Assembly (NCBI GenBank): GCA_965153355.1
Contig: OZ231126.1
Span: 8,556,001 to 8,620,000 of the forward strand
Direction: 5' to 3'
DNA length: 64,000 nt
Origin: Flaccisagitta enflata
Lineage: Eukaryota
Positions 1 through 15,054 of this stretch are shown here, in pieces. The notes beneath the pieces were generated by a model. The model saw only the letters and a program-made list of their open reading frames with translations. It had not been told where the DNA came from and ran no database searches. Made by a program: the position numbers and the translations under genes. Within the stretch, counting starts at the first letter, position 1. Each line of letters begins with the position of its first letter.

Positions 1-237
1 CTTAGTTGTATTTAGCTAAATTTTCTAGTAATAAAATTGCCAACAATATCTATTTAAGCCTAATTTGCATGAAAAATGAGCTTACTTAAGAAAATCCAAG
101 TATGGATTCATATGTAAGAATAGGTAAGCTACATGATGACGTATGGTTTTGTTCAATATTCAAACATGTAAATTTGATGAATTTCATCCCGTCCATGTCG
201 GGTTAGCATGACACAAGTTTCTAAACGTATGTCTTAC

Positions 238-590
238 TATCTTCACAAATAAAATCTTCCCACTTCATAACAAGCATGTACTTTGAAAATGTGCTGTTCC
301 TAGGCAAACAAAGCTACTGACCCCAGATTGGTCCCATTTTAATGAATTTAAACAACTCTTTCAAAAGGGACCAATCTGGTTGTCATAGCTTCATTCATTT
401 AGGAGCAGCAGTCTTTTAAAGTTGATGGTAGTTATCAGGTGGGAAGATTTTTAGGGGAGGCAAAGCACCTGTATAATTGGCTGTGTCCGTCAGTTGGTTG
501 GTCAGTTGTTTGGTTGAATGGTAACGCATTTGTTCTACGATGCTCAAGTTGCACCTATTGGCCTACTTGGCCTTGTTTTTGTGAAGATAC
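238..590. mobile_element. Degenerate palindromic MITE-like sequence interrupted by a HINE-like insert (~447-578)
   Basis: AAAATCTTCCCAC/GTGGGAAGATTTT and CCAGATTGGTCCC/GGGACCAATCTGG are inverted pairs. TCTTCACA pairs with TGTGAAGA, which lies beyond an insert ending GGCCTTGTTTT. Confidence 0.5.
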
Positions 591-850
591 CTATTCTTAT
601 TTCAGTGAGTTAGATTGCTAATCATCATCCAGTTGTCCGTATACTGTCTTGGTAAAAGTATATCGACAAGATGCAATACAGTTCAATATTTCATCAAATA
701 ATGCATTTAACATTTGTAATTTGTAAAATATTACTTCTATTTCATGTGACCTTCCTTGGCAAAAATTTCAGCTTTCATATGTCTTAGTATGCTTTCGTAA
801 AGTAATCTGAGGTAAGATGGCGTGGTGTTCTCCCACATCTTGAGAGCGAT

Positions 851-1080
851 TTTTAGTCAGGTGCACGCGACTCTACGACCCACTCTGTTGGTCTCTCTGT
901 TCGTCGATCTGATGGTAACCCTTAGCTTTTTTTCGTCGTTTTACGCCATATTAAGTCATTTTGAGTTATTTAAAGTTAATCTAAGTCAATTTACGTTTGG
1001 TCTCTTAGTCTTTTAGTCTTTAAGTCTTTTGGTCTAATGGTCTTAACAACCGCACGCGACTGTAAGGTAATGGCCTTGTT
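851..1080 (+). mobile_element. DINE-1/HINE-like element, family A (degenerate)
   Basis: TTTTAGTCAGGTGCACGCGACTCT start, AAGTCATT repeats, subterminal GCACGCGACT, GGCCTTGTT end in a T run. Confidence 0.75.
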
Positions 1081-1667
1081 TTTTTTTTTCAGCGTGGCCT
1101 ATTCTTAATCTTGCAGTTTCTTAATTTGAATTCACAATGCAATCAATTTGAGGACTGGACTGTTCCATGCCAACCTGGAAAAAAACTGACGCCATGGTGA
1201 AATCTTCGTTTTTACGGCACAGCGGGCCAGAGCAACACTCTCCCTCAACTGGTGTCTTACAGTCTAGAACAGCTGATGATGTCGTAGCCATATACGATGA
1301 AAATATCTGTTTTTTTTTCAATAAAAACATCATATGTGATTCCCAAAAGCAATGTTTTTTTCCATCACTATGCACCATACGAGCAATGTCACTTAATGAA
1401 TATAAGCAAGATAGTTGTTGTTTCGTGGGTAGCATCTATTTAAGAGGGACGCCGTCCAAGTTGATGCTTCTCAGTCTGAAAGAAGACGCAAAAAAATATT
1501 AGTCATTACTCATTAATCAATGTTTCGATTATCTTTAGGATTTGTTTATGATTTTTCTACTTGACGAGAGCATCAGAACATGTTTTTTTCCGTTTTCAAA
1601 TCCTTCAGCTCTGTCTCTGTCTATCTGTATGTTTCTATCTGTCTGTCCGTCTGTCTGTATGTTTCTA

Positions 1668-1840
<173 letters not shown>

Positions 1841-2247
1841 CAGTTTTCGACGTTTTCTCTCGCCTCCCTCACGCGCCTTCGCGTTTGCCAACAACGAAAA
1901 CAAGATTCGCCCCCTCATACCGGAAGAACAACGACTCTGAGCGCGCGCGCGAGCCTACGCGTGTGCCCGCGTGCGTTTGCGTGCGCACGTGAGTGTGCGT
2001 GTGCGTGTGCGTGCACGTGTAATCGCGCCCGCGTGCGTTTGCAAATCCACATGCGTTCCTTCGCGTAAGCGAACCGGGCAGAGTGAGAAAAAAAAAACAG
2101 AAAAAGTAAAATTGGAATAAAAGGAGAGAGAAAGAGGAAAAGAAAAGAAAGAAAAGAAATCCTAGTTGAACGGATCCAAGAGAGAGAGAGAGAAAAGAAA
2201 GTAAATGCGTTTTTTTCTCCATTTCTTTTCTTCCTTCATCATCACTT

Positions 2248-2523
2248 TTTTAGTCGCGTGCACGCGACTCTACAACCCGCTTTGTCGGTCCGTCCGTCCG
2301 TCCGTCCGTCCGTCCGTCACACTTTACTTTTTTGTACTATAACGTCAACTTTTAGGTCATTTTAAGTCATTGTAAGTCATTTATAGTTATTCTAAGTCAT
2401 TTTGAGTCAGTCTAAGTCATTTTAAGTCATTTTAAGTTATTCTAAGTTATTTTTGGTTTTTTGTTTTTTTAATCATTTTTTGTCTGTAAGTCTCGCACGC
2501 GACTTATAGGTGTTGGCCTTGTT
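2248..2523 (+). mobile_element. DINE-1/HINE-like element, family A
   Basis: 5' palindrome AGTCGCGTGCACGCGACT, (GTCC)n, central (AAGTCATTTT)n, subterminal GCACGCGACT, GGCCTTGTT end. Confidence 0.85.
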
Positions 2524-3273
2524 ATTAGCAGTTTTTCCATCTTTTTTCACCCATTTTTCATCCTTTTTTGTCCTCTTTTTTCTTCTTCTTGTCCTTTTTC
2601 TTGATGTTACTATTTGTTTTTTTCTTTTGTTTTTTGGCTGTTTCTTTCTATTCCTCTTCCTCTTTTTTTTCTGTCTTTCTATCATCCTTCCTTTTTGTGA
2701 TTTTTTCTCTCTCCTTCTTTTTAGTGTGGACCAAAGCAATTGTATGCTCTGTTTCGTCGGTCGGTCACGATTTAGTTCCAAAGGGCTGACACACGATCTT
2801 GGCCTTGTCTCTTAACCTTTGGAGCATTAGGATCCACCACCAACTCTTTTACTCAAAATCATCCATGAATAATCAAAAAGTATCTTCTTGCCCAATGATG
2901 TTAAAGCATTTCTGAGACGCATTAAAAGAATTTACAATTTTATGATGTCAAAAAATCTTTCTTTTTTGCTCGACGAAATTCTTACCGGGTTTTCCAACCT
3001 ATCCCTTTTCATTTTGGGTTATTTAGCGGACACGCAACTCTTTTTTTAAAAAACAGTTTTTTTCGTCATTTCGGCAACAAAAACCTCATCTTTTGAAACA
3101 TCATTTTAAAAATCGCCGTGCGAATATTAATTCGCAAATAACGGATACCAATTCGGTTATAAAGAACACAAATTCGCTTATAACGAACCCCAATTCTCTT
3201 CCAACGAACGGCACTTTTCGCAATCAGTCTCATCTGCGTCACAAACCTTTGAATATCATTCTTTGTACAAGAG

Positions 3274-3515
3274 CACCTTGATCTGGGGGCAGAGAAAAAC
3301 CCGAGATGAATCTCAATAGCTTAAATTACATGAAAAGCATACTTCTAGTTGCCCCAGTGAGATGAAATTTTACATGAAAAAAGCCGATGGTTTTGCAGAT
3401 CTTCAGTTAAAATTTCATCACACTGAGTTAACTAGAAGTATGCTTTTCATGTAAATTAAGCTATTGAAACATGCTAGATTCATCTCGGGTTTTTCTCAGC
3501 CCCCAGATCAAGGTG
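3274..3515. mobile_element. Transib-like MITE, almost fully palindromic
   Basis: Ends CACCTTGATCTGGGGGC / GCCCCCAGATCAAGGTG with 5-bp TSD AAGAG (3269-3273, 3516-3520). Confidence 0.85.
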
Positions 3516-3572
3516 AAGAGGTTGAATCGATTAAATTTTTTCGTCTTGTGTGTCTGTCTGACAGTTCGTGTA

Positions 3573-3739
<167 letters not shown>

Positions 3740-3869
3740 TATTGCTTACCACGGAGGTCATATGGGTTAAGAAGGCTCAAGGAATCAAATGATTAGAGCC
3801 TCTGGGCGTACATCATTCGCACATCGATCCATTCATTTATTCCTACATCCGTTCATCAAACGATTAACA

Positions 3870-4250
3870 TTCATTCATTCATTCATTCATTCATTCATTC
3901 ATTCATTCATTCATTCATTCATTCATTCGTTCATTCATTCATTCATTCATTCATTCATTCATTCATTCATTCATTCATTCATTCATTCATTCATTCATTC
4001 ATTTTTTCATTCATTCATTCATTCATTCATTCATTCATTATTTCATTCATTCATTATTTCATTCATTCATTCATTTATTCATTCATTCATTCATTCATTC
4101 ATTCATTCATTCATTCATTCATTCATTCATTCATTCATTCATTCATTCATACATTAACTTGTCATTCATTCACTTTTCATTCATTCCTCCGCTCATTCAT
4201 TCATCCAATCATTCATTCATTCATTTATCCAATCATTCATTCATCCATTC
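3870..4250. repeat. (TCAT)n microsatellite; a similar tract lies at ~55090-55280
   Basis: Direct reading. Confidence 0.95.
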
Positions 4251-4867
4251 AGCCATTTATACATATATACCTACATTCATGTCTTTATTAATTCGTGCAT
4301 TCATTCATGTAATCATATTTTATGCGTATTTTTTGCTACCTCGCAAGAAGCTAAAACTTAACTTAATACCGCAACCCCGACTGCACACGCCCGTTTGTCC
4401 ATAAGTCTGTCGGTCGGTCTGTCCGTGTGTCGGTCCTGCAATGATTTCTCAATCTTCTTTGTAACTTAAAACGGCTTCAATCATGCCTCATGTTGGTCTC
4501 TAGACTAATGTCATTCAGAAATGACAAGCGGATGAATATACTTAAGCATAGGCAACAGTTCGACAGGTGCACATTCATGAATGACTTAAAATATCGAGAA
4601 AAAAAAAGTAAGACTGAATACTCCGACGGACCAACCATACGACCGATGGACTGATCGATACAGGCATAGGGTCGCGTATCCGCCACTAAAGCTGACATAG
4701 TCTTTTATAGCCCTAAACAAAATCAGAATTACAGAATCGAATTGGATATTGAGATTGGATAAACAAAACACAAATTACATTCCTGTACTGCATCGTTGTA
4801 GCAGAATTAAGTCTGACTGTGAAATCGTCTCTTTGTGGATAAGATACGTTCTGGTAGAAGTATTATA

Positions 4868-6277
4868 CAGTCAGTGGACAAAACAAAATAGGTAGAGAGC
4901 TCACTCTGTTGACTTTGATCCAACCTTATGTTATCAAACAGCAGGCTGTAAACAACAACTGGTTGTAAAAATTATAGCCGGCTTTTATGCTACAACGTTG
5001 GCAAAAATCTAACTTTCACTAAATAGAACAAGACCTGCAAATTTATAATCCTGGTGAAATTCTGATAAGTTTGATATGTCACGACATATACTTTTATATG
5101 AAAATAAGAATTGTTCATCAATGTTTAATAAAGTCATCTGTAATAACCATTGATCATTTCAGAAAAAGTCATATTCTCAACCAAAACAAACATGTATCAA
5201 AGTATTAAGAGTTTCCTGGTCGACCTGAACCAATCACTTTTTTTTCTTGTAAAAGACAACTTAAAGGTCATAAAGCACAAAACATAAAAAGAACACTAGT
5301 GCTTATGGTTTCTTTCAAAAAATGAAAAAAAAAAATTCTGTGAAAAATTATGATAATTCAGATTAGATACTGTAAAGCAGTGTTTCAGGGATCAATCGTT
5401 TTCTGCAATGTATAATACAATGTTTAACGATCATTTTTATAAAAAGTGTGACATGTCAAACTGCTCAGAATTTCATCAGGATTATGAATATTCTAGTCAC
5501 GTTCTATTCTATCAAGGTTGGATTCTTTCCAACTTTGTAAGATGACAGCCGGCTGTAATTTTCACAACCAGTTGTTGTTTACAGTCTGCTGTTTAATAAC
5601 AGTAGGTTGGATCAAAGCCAACAGAGAGAGCTCTCTACCTATGACAGCGTCCCCCCGAAGGCAACATTTGCGTTTCAAAGAGGGTCAAAATGAAAATTTT
5701 GAATTTATAGAAATGGAAAAACTAATGAATAAAAATAATTCAGATAGCTCAGACATAATATTTAAAAGAAAAATTTGCATTTATTTAGCAAGAAGGATCA
5801 AGTTTAACCAATGTTACTAAAAAAGATTTATTGAAAATTTCTACTTTTTTCATTTTTGGTCACTGACAGGGGGCTGGTCTAAATTCTAAATTAGCATAGA
5901 AAATGAAAATATTAAAAAACAAAGAACATAGTTCTCTTCCCAAATCGATTACAGAGAGAACTATGTTTTTCAAAATGCAAAATTTCTATGTGTATGGCTT
6001 TCTTAGAATTTAGACCACAGAAAATGAAAAAAAATGTAAGCAGAAATTTGCTAAAAACCATCATTTTCCTGCTCATTTCCATGTGAATCGCATAGTTCGA
6101 ATTACTTTTTAGGTCAGAATATGATAGAAAGGTATACACCAGGTGTCTTTAGAGACAAAATGTCTACTAAAAGCATTCCAGCTTCATTACTGTTCTGATA
6201 ATGATGCAAAAAGTATGGTGAAACACTTAATTTTCCTTCAAAATTTCGCCGTCCTATTTTGTTTTGTCCACTAACTG
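4868..6277. mobile_element. Non-autonomous Tc1/mariner-type element
   Basis: TIRs CAGTCAGTGGACAAAACAAAATA / TATTTTGTTTTGTCCACTAACTG, TA flanks. The left TIR is interrupted by a nested element. Confidence 0.8.
4891..5639. mobile_element. MITE with long (~200 bp) imperfect TIRs, nested at a TA inside the left TIR of the host element
   Basis: GGTAGAGAGC..TTTGATCCAACC..AAACAACAACTGGTTG mirrored by CAACCAGTTGTTGTTT..GGTTGGATCAAAG..CTCTCTACC; TA duplication. Confidence 0.8.
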
Positions 6278-6374
6278 TATATAAAGTAGAGTGTAGTGGA
6301 ATTGAATAGATCGTACTGTGAAGTTCGCTTTTTGTTATGAGTTACATAATGGTAGTGGCATCGAATCTAATTGT

Positions 6375-6545
6375 AAAGTCCTCTCTCTCTGTACAAGTTA
6401 CATCCTGGTAGCGGCATTGACTCTGACAGCAAAGTCCTCTCTCTCAGCTTGAGTTACATCCTGGTAGCGGCATTGACTCTGACAGCAAAGTCCTCTCTCT
6501 CAGCTTGAGTTACATCCTGGTAGCGGTATTGAATCCGACTGTGAA
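6375..6545. repeat. ~56-57-bp minisatellite, about 3 copies
   Basis: AAAGTCCTCTCTCT..GTTACATCCTGGTAGCGGCATTGACTCTGACAGC repeated. Confidence 0.85.
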
Positions 6546-6647
6546 AAGGGAGTTAGAATTTGTCGTCTCCGAGCTTCGGTGATGAGTCCCGCCCCCTTCA
6601 GCCCGAGAATCCTGAATCCTGATCTACCATCAGAGAAAACACGACTC

Positions 6648-6880
6648 GGGGCGTGTTTCTAGTGATAACAACAATCGCGATCATTCCCGTTAATCGAGTT
6701 TACAGCGTGAATATGTTTAGAAAAAGAGTCAGGGCGTGTTTCCAGTGACAATAACAATCGCGATCATTCCCGTTAATCACGTTTACAGCGTGAACACGTT
6801 TAGAAAAGAGTCAGGGCGTGTTTTCAGTGACAATAACAATCGCGATCATTCCCGTTAATCACGTTTACAGCATGAACACA
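6648..6880 (+). repeat. Three tandem ~82-bp copies of one end of the Harbinger-like MITE family
   Basis: GGGCGTGTTTCTAGTGA..AATCGCGATCATTCCCGTTAATC..TTTACAGCGTGAA x3, homologous to the MITE end starting at 59742. Confidence 0.75.
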
Positions 6881-7529
6881 AATAAAACAACCTAAAAAGA
6901 GAGGTGCGAGTATGATGAGTACTGCAAAGCGAGTGAGCACAATGACTGGTACATGCACAGCAACCATGCGTGCAACCAAGTTGCCCTTTGAGAAACGCGA
7001 TGGTCATTTGTAAAAACAGCCACTCAGTTCACATTCAGATTGAGCCAGAGTTCGTTCTTGTGGACGCGGTTCAATGAGTGCACAAGGACACCCAATCACC
7101 TTTACATCCATCCCTGAGCTCATGTTACCGTTTCCCTGCCCTCCTTTACGTCGCGGACATGCGACTCTACACCTTGCTGTGTTGGTTCGTCAGACCATCT
7201 GTCGGTCCGTCACATTACAGTAGCTTTAATCCGACGTTTGTCCATGTAAACACAGTCAAAGAAGAAAAAAATTCATGAAATTCCATTGGCGAAACAACGA
7301 TCATCATTTAGTAGATCACCGATTTGACACAGGAAACGTGAGCAAATATTCAAATCGGCTTTCCTTTCAAGAGTTTGAGTTTGCCATTATGATTGGAGGC
7401 CAACTCTTTGTGTTATCTCTTTGAATGCTCTAGAAAGCTATCTTAATATTTTCGTTATCATGAATGGTGACCAACTCTTTGTGTTAACTGGCTTAATGCT
7501 TAGCCTTAGTAAGATATCATTATATACTT

Positions 7530-8182
7530 TTTGGGCAGCGGCCCCAAAGGGCCGATGTCCTGTAGGACACAGGGGTGAATTTCCAGACGTCCGTACGTAC
7601 GTCCGTACGTACGTCCCGTCCCCCCCCGAGGCCCCTCTCAGACCCCAAATCAGCCCTCTCAAGCCCAAAATCAGCCCTCTCAAGCCCAAAATCAGCCCTC
7701 TCAGGCCCAAAATCAGCCCTCTCAAGCCCAAAATCAGCCCTCTCAAGCCCAAAATCAGCCCTCTCAGGCCCAAAATCAGCCCTCTCAGACTCAAAATCAG
7801 CCCTCTCAGGCCCAAAATCAGCTCTTTCAGCTCCAAAATTAGCTCCAAATTAGCCCCAAATCAGCCCTCTCAAGCCCAAAATCAGCCCTCTCAAGCCCAA
7901 AATCAGCTCTCATAGGCCCAAAATCAGTCCTCTCAGGCCCAAAATCAGCCCTTTCAGCTCCAAAATTAGCTCTCTAATACCCTAAATCAGCCTTGTCAGG
8001 CTCAAAATCAAGCATGTCAGCCCTTTAATGTGCCTTCTAAGGACGTCTGGAAATTCACCCCTGTGTCCTACAGGACATCGGCCCTTTGGGGCCACTGCCC
8101 TGCTCTCACTATACTTCTTCAGCTGATCACTCCTAGCAGGGCATCGGGTACCGCTGACCATGTGAGATCCTTGGATGACTTT
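7530..8182 (+). mobile_element. HINE-like element, family B, with 21-bp central satellite
   Basis: ~52-bp 5' IR GGGCAGCGGCCCCAAAGGGCCGATGTCCTGTAGGACACAGGGGTGAATTTCC with an inverted subterminal copy at ~8050-8100. Central (AAAATCAGCCCTCTCAGGCCC)n; 3' tail with TGCCCTGCT/AGCAGGGCA hairpin; T runs at both ends. Confidence 0.85.
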
Positions 8183-8614
8183 TTTTATTTTCCATTTTCA
8201 GTTACCTGGTTTTGTGGCATAGAAAGCTTTCATTATTTTGTCTTCATTACCAATTTTGTTCGGTATTAATTTTTTTTTTGTTACAAAAAACCCATCACAT
8301 CAGTAACTGACATTTTTTTTCTTTGCACTCAATCTTTTGAAATTGTGTTTCAAATTTTGTCCCCTGACTGCTAAACTGCCTCTTACAAACATCGGACGGG
8401 CATTGGCCTGGAAACGTGGAGGTAATGATGCAACTATCAGCAATGCACCATGAACCAAGCTTGGTGTAACAATTTTCAATGACTTTTGAAACAAAGGAGA
8501 TAGAAAACTATCTTGTAAAATCTTGGAATGTATAATATTGCTTTTCACCATCAGCAATGCATCCCTAACTAAGATTTAGCATCGTCAAGTCTTTGGATTA
8601 CAAACACTGTACAA

Positions 8615-9085
8615 ATTGGTCATCATTGATGAATGTGGAGTCGTGTGCAAAGCAGCCTTGAACAGCAGATATTACGTGATGTGCACAACAATCATCACCA
8701 GCAGATATGGTGTAATGTGCAAAAGGGTCATCATCAGCATATATCGCGTAGTGTGCCAAACAGTTACAATCAGCAGATATGGCATAGTCTGCTACGTTTC
8801 CTTCACCAGCAGATAAGGGTGAGAATGCAAAGTAGCCATCATCAACAGATATATAAGGCGCAGTGTGCAAATGGAGCAACATCAGCAGATGTAGCGCGGT
8901 GTGCAAATCGGTCAGCATCAGGCATTAACTGATGTGGCGTAGTGTGCAAATGGACCAACATTTGCAGATGTGACATAGTCAGCAAAATGGTTATCATAAG
9001 CAGATGTAGCTGTAGTGTGCAAATTGGTCATCATTAGGCATCAACAGTTGTGGCGTAGTGTGCAAAGCGACCATCATCAGCAACA
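8615..9085. repeat. Degenerate ~36-bp minisatellite
   Basis: CATCAGCAGATGTGGCGTAGTGTGCAAA-like unit repeated about a dozen times. Confidence 0.75.
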
Positions 9086-9966
9086 TAGTCGTTTGAGTCG
9101 TTGTAATCAGCCAAGCAAGACTAACAACCATTCAGTTTTTTTTTTCTCTCTACAGTTTCCCAGCTTTTTTGTTTTGTTTTTTTTTTTTTTAGTTTCATTT
9201 TTCTTTACATGAAATTGAATCTAGGAATTAGAAGGCAAAGAGGAAAGTCGGGTCGCCCACGATTCATTAGGAAACAGGGGATTTTGTTTGTTTGTTTGGT
9301 TTCATTTGTTTGTTTATTTGATTATTTATTCATTTGTTTGTTTATTTTTTTCGTTCCCTTCTCTATGTCCTGTTTCTTTCCTCATCTTTTTGCAAGCTTG
9401 GTAATTGGTTGTCTGATTTAAGTCATTGAACTGTATCAAAAAAGGAGAGCACAAAAACGGTCATTGTATCTATGTTTAGATTGTATAAAATGAGTGTCAG
9501 AGAGAAAATAAACGCGGACTCGCAGTCGTTTGGTGATAGTCATATCAATCATATGACATATCAGTGATAAGGTGGCGAAGACCTAATCATTTTCAGTATC
9601 TGATAATTCATCTGAGACTTGGGCCGAATGAATGAAACTCCAGCGAATTATCGATGATGGATACAACGGGCAGATTTATATATATCGGAATGATAACGTT
9701 ATCGGGGTGATATCGGAATGATAACGTTATCGGGGTGATATCGGGTCTTTATCGGAAAATTCATATTATGCTGACATAAGACTACATGATGCAGTAGAAC
9801 CACTCAATAAGGGATATCAAAAGATTGATGAATTTTATTTTCTATAGGGGAACTTAATCTTTTGCCAATATAAGAAGTAAAAAGAAATTACATGAAAAGA
9901 CTAATAATTCACATCTGTAATTTGTGTTACTCTTTGATCCGTCACAGCGGCTGCTACTGTAGTGTC

Positions 9967-10112
<146 letters not shown>

Positions 10113-11959
10113 GAGAACAGATGCTCACGCGTCGTGTTTATGGAGTGAAACCTCTTGAGGCAGCCGAAATCGCGTACGAGGCTCGATTTAATGTAGTCAA
10201 CTTGATGCCCGACGTAATAAATTATCAACTAACTGCCACAGAGACGTGTACCGACATGTCAAGTGTGACGGTGTTGCAATTTGTACCACCGAGACTCATG
10301 TTCTAACATTTAGTATGACGGTGATGCCATTTGTACCACTCGCAATGTCGTTCACGTAAATGCAACATCATCAACATCAATAACAACTCCATACTAGTTT
10401 CGGTCTTTAGACGCGAAAATCAGATGAAGTAACGGGTCCTCACAAAAAAAAAATGTAACTCTGCAACAAAAAAGCTGCTAGAAACGCGCAGTTTTCTTTG
10501 ATATATAAATCTTGGTTCAAATAGTCTAAATAAGGGAGATTTCCGCATCAGCAGGTCACGAAATGGTCGATTGCAAGGCTAGAGGGGCAGAAATCAAAAG
10601 GAAAATGGTTCCTGCGCTCATTTCATTGATGAAAATATAGTTGAGGACAATTTTACACAGCCGTCTTTGGTGTGGACATAGAAAATCTTACATCAAAGCA
10701 ACAACGTCAAGCTCTATCCATCTATAATTAGCGAACATTTTTCATGAAGACCTTTTAATTCATTGTTGTAAAAGTTCGAGGTTTCCCTGTACAAATAAGG
10801 TCTCTTAGAACAACTCAAAAGAAGTTGAGTCAGCGGCGGTGTGGGGGGGGGGGGGGTTGATTACTAAGCCATTAATGATTCCAACTAAAATGTTGTTTGA
10901 AATATCAAATCACGTGACACGACGTGACACGTGCACGCGACTGGAAATTGTAATGGTTACGAAATTTTGAGTGGAAACTGCGTCAGAGAGAAATGCTTTT
11001 GGTACAACCAAGGTTGGGCCTCTTGGAGCTAAAGTGACGCAAAAGGAGCCGTGGGAAAGACGAAAAAGCATCGTTATACATTGGACGAGTGTGAGGCTCG
11101 TTTGAATGGATAAGGGTAAAGACGAAAGGGGGAGGCAGGGAGGCAGGGAGTAAGGGAGGGATGAGGAAGGAAGCTGGGAACAGGAAAAGAAGTGAAAGTG
11201 AAAGGGAAGGAGGGAGGGAAGGAGGGAGGGAGGAAAAATGGAAGGAAAGATGGGAACAGGAAAAGAAGTGAAAGTGAAAGGGAGGGAGCGAGGGAGGGAG
11301 GGAGCAAGAATGGAAGGAAAGATGGGATAAAGGAAAAGAAGTGAAAGTGAAAGGGAAGGAGGGAGGGAGGGAGGGAGGGAGGGGGGAGGGAGGGAGAAAG
11401 AATAGAAGGAAAGATGGGATAAAGGAAAAGAAATGAAGAAAAGAGGAAGGACGGGAAGAAGAAGGGAATGAGAAAAGATGAAAAAATAGAGGAGAAAAGT
11501 ATGAGAGCTGAGAAGAAGAGTTAAGGAGGGTTTGGGAATGAGGAAGGAGGGTTGGAGACTGATAAAAAGGTGTTTATATGATGAGATGGAAAGTGAGAGA
11601 GAGAGATAGGGGATGAAGGGAGGAAAGTATAGAGGATCAAAAGAAGTGGAGGAACGAAGGAAGGAGAGTAGAAAGGGAGTAGAAAGGAAGGAGAGAGTAG
11701 AAAGGGAGGGACAAAATAATGGAAGATGAAAAAAAGTGGAATGGAGCAGAGCAGTGGTAGTACAAATACAGCTGTGGGGAAAAAAAAGAATGAAGCAAGA
11801 GAGAAGGAATGAAAGAGAAATGAAAGAGAAATGAAAGAGAGAGTGAAGAAAGTGGGAAAGAATCTTTTTTAAGTCCCTACGGATCGAGAATTGAGGCCAA
11901 GTTTCGTCGACCGGAGTTTTTCTCTGCTGCCGTCTGCCACTGAATTTACCAATTACCAT

Positions 11960-12414
<455 letters not shown>

Positions 12415-13504
12415 GCCATAAAACAAATTCACACATTTCTGCATGGGTTCACAGTCTAATGCTGCTATCGTATTGACCACTCCTGCCACTAAATAGAAGC
12501 AAACCACTGTGAAACCGGAATGTAGTCTCACCATTAGGTACAAAGACCAATTTTTTTTCTCAAACCCAACTGGTCAGCTAAGTATTGACTTACAAATTAT
12601 TTTTTGCTTGGATATATGAAGAGACAAAAAATATCTTCTGGGCCAGTGAGATTGTAGCAACTTTGACGCATGTCCAAAGATTTTACGATTTAATCAATTC
12701 AAAACTTTTTTATTTTGCTTGGTAAATCTTTTACCTTTCTGTGAACTGTAATCAGGGCTTTTAAACCTAATGCCTTTCTTTAGCTGCGGACACGTGACTA
12801 TACGATTCGGTTGGTCGGTCCATCTATCCGTCCGTCCGTAATATTTCTAAATTGCAAGCAGTTTTCATATTACTACGCCTGCCCAACCGTCCGCGACGCT
12901 GGTGCCGTGCCTTGTTTTCTACCAAGGAAATTTTTTTTCTGCCCACTACCACACACAACAACTCACCAAGACACACCTTGACACGTACAAACAAATTGAC
13001 ATACTAAAAGATGAGCTAAATCTGAAAAAGTAGAGATAATATGAACGCGTGCTATCTGCTCATATGGCATGACCTAAGTATCTCGAGTTTTGAGTTTCAA
13101 GAGGCTAAAGGTGTACACGTTTTATGTTTCCTATTACAATTTTATTGCAGAATTATTAGAAGACCGTTGCGCACGAACGGATGGTGAAAACGTGAATGAA
13201 TAAAAAGAAAATACTTCTGAATAAGCAGATTTCATACAAAGAAATATCTCTTTCCAATCATAGAATAGCAATGCAATATTTCAACCACTAGGCTTTCATT
13301 TTTTGCCGGAACTGAATTGTAAATCAGAAGTTACAGAGGTTGATTTTCCAAGAAATTAGTATTTTGGTTAAGACGTCAAAATCGGCGCCTACTCTGTCAG
13401 GAATTTTACAGGGTATCTGGGAGGATATAAAAGATAGACAGAGACAGAAAGATAGAAAACAAAAAATTCGTCACAATGGACGTCACAATGAACACAAACA
13501 AACA

Positions 13505-14929
<1,425 letters not shown>

Positions 14930-15054
14930 GGAGAGAATTTCCATTCATTTTTCTGATCACTGGTAAATGGCACTCTTCAACGGCCTTTCTTTTGGCACCT
15001 TCCTCTTTATTTTCCGCTTCTTTCTCCCGTTTCTTTGTACATTCTCTTCATTTT

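Noticed and set aside
2248-2523. tRNA-derived SINE interpretation of families A, B and D
   Set aside because: No Pol III A/B boxes, poly(A) tail or TSD. Subterminal IRs, a 3' hairpin and T-run insertion fit HINE/DINE-1 better.
7421-7915. ORFs with ISPLKPK/LRGLILG heptad repeats, and similar ORFs at 27521-27805
   Set aside because: They are translations of 21-bp satellites inside HINE-like elements and are open on both strands.
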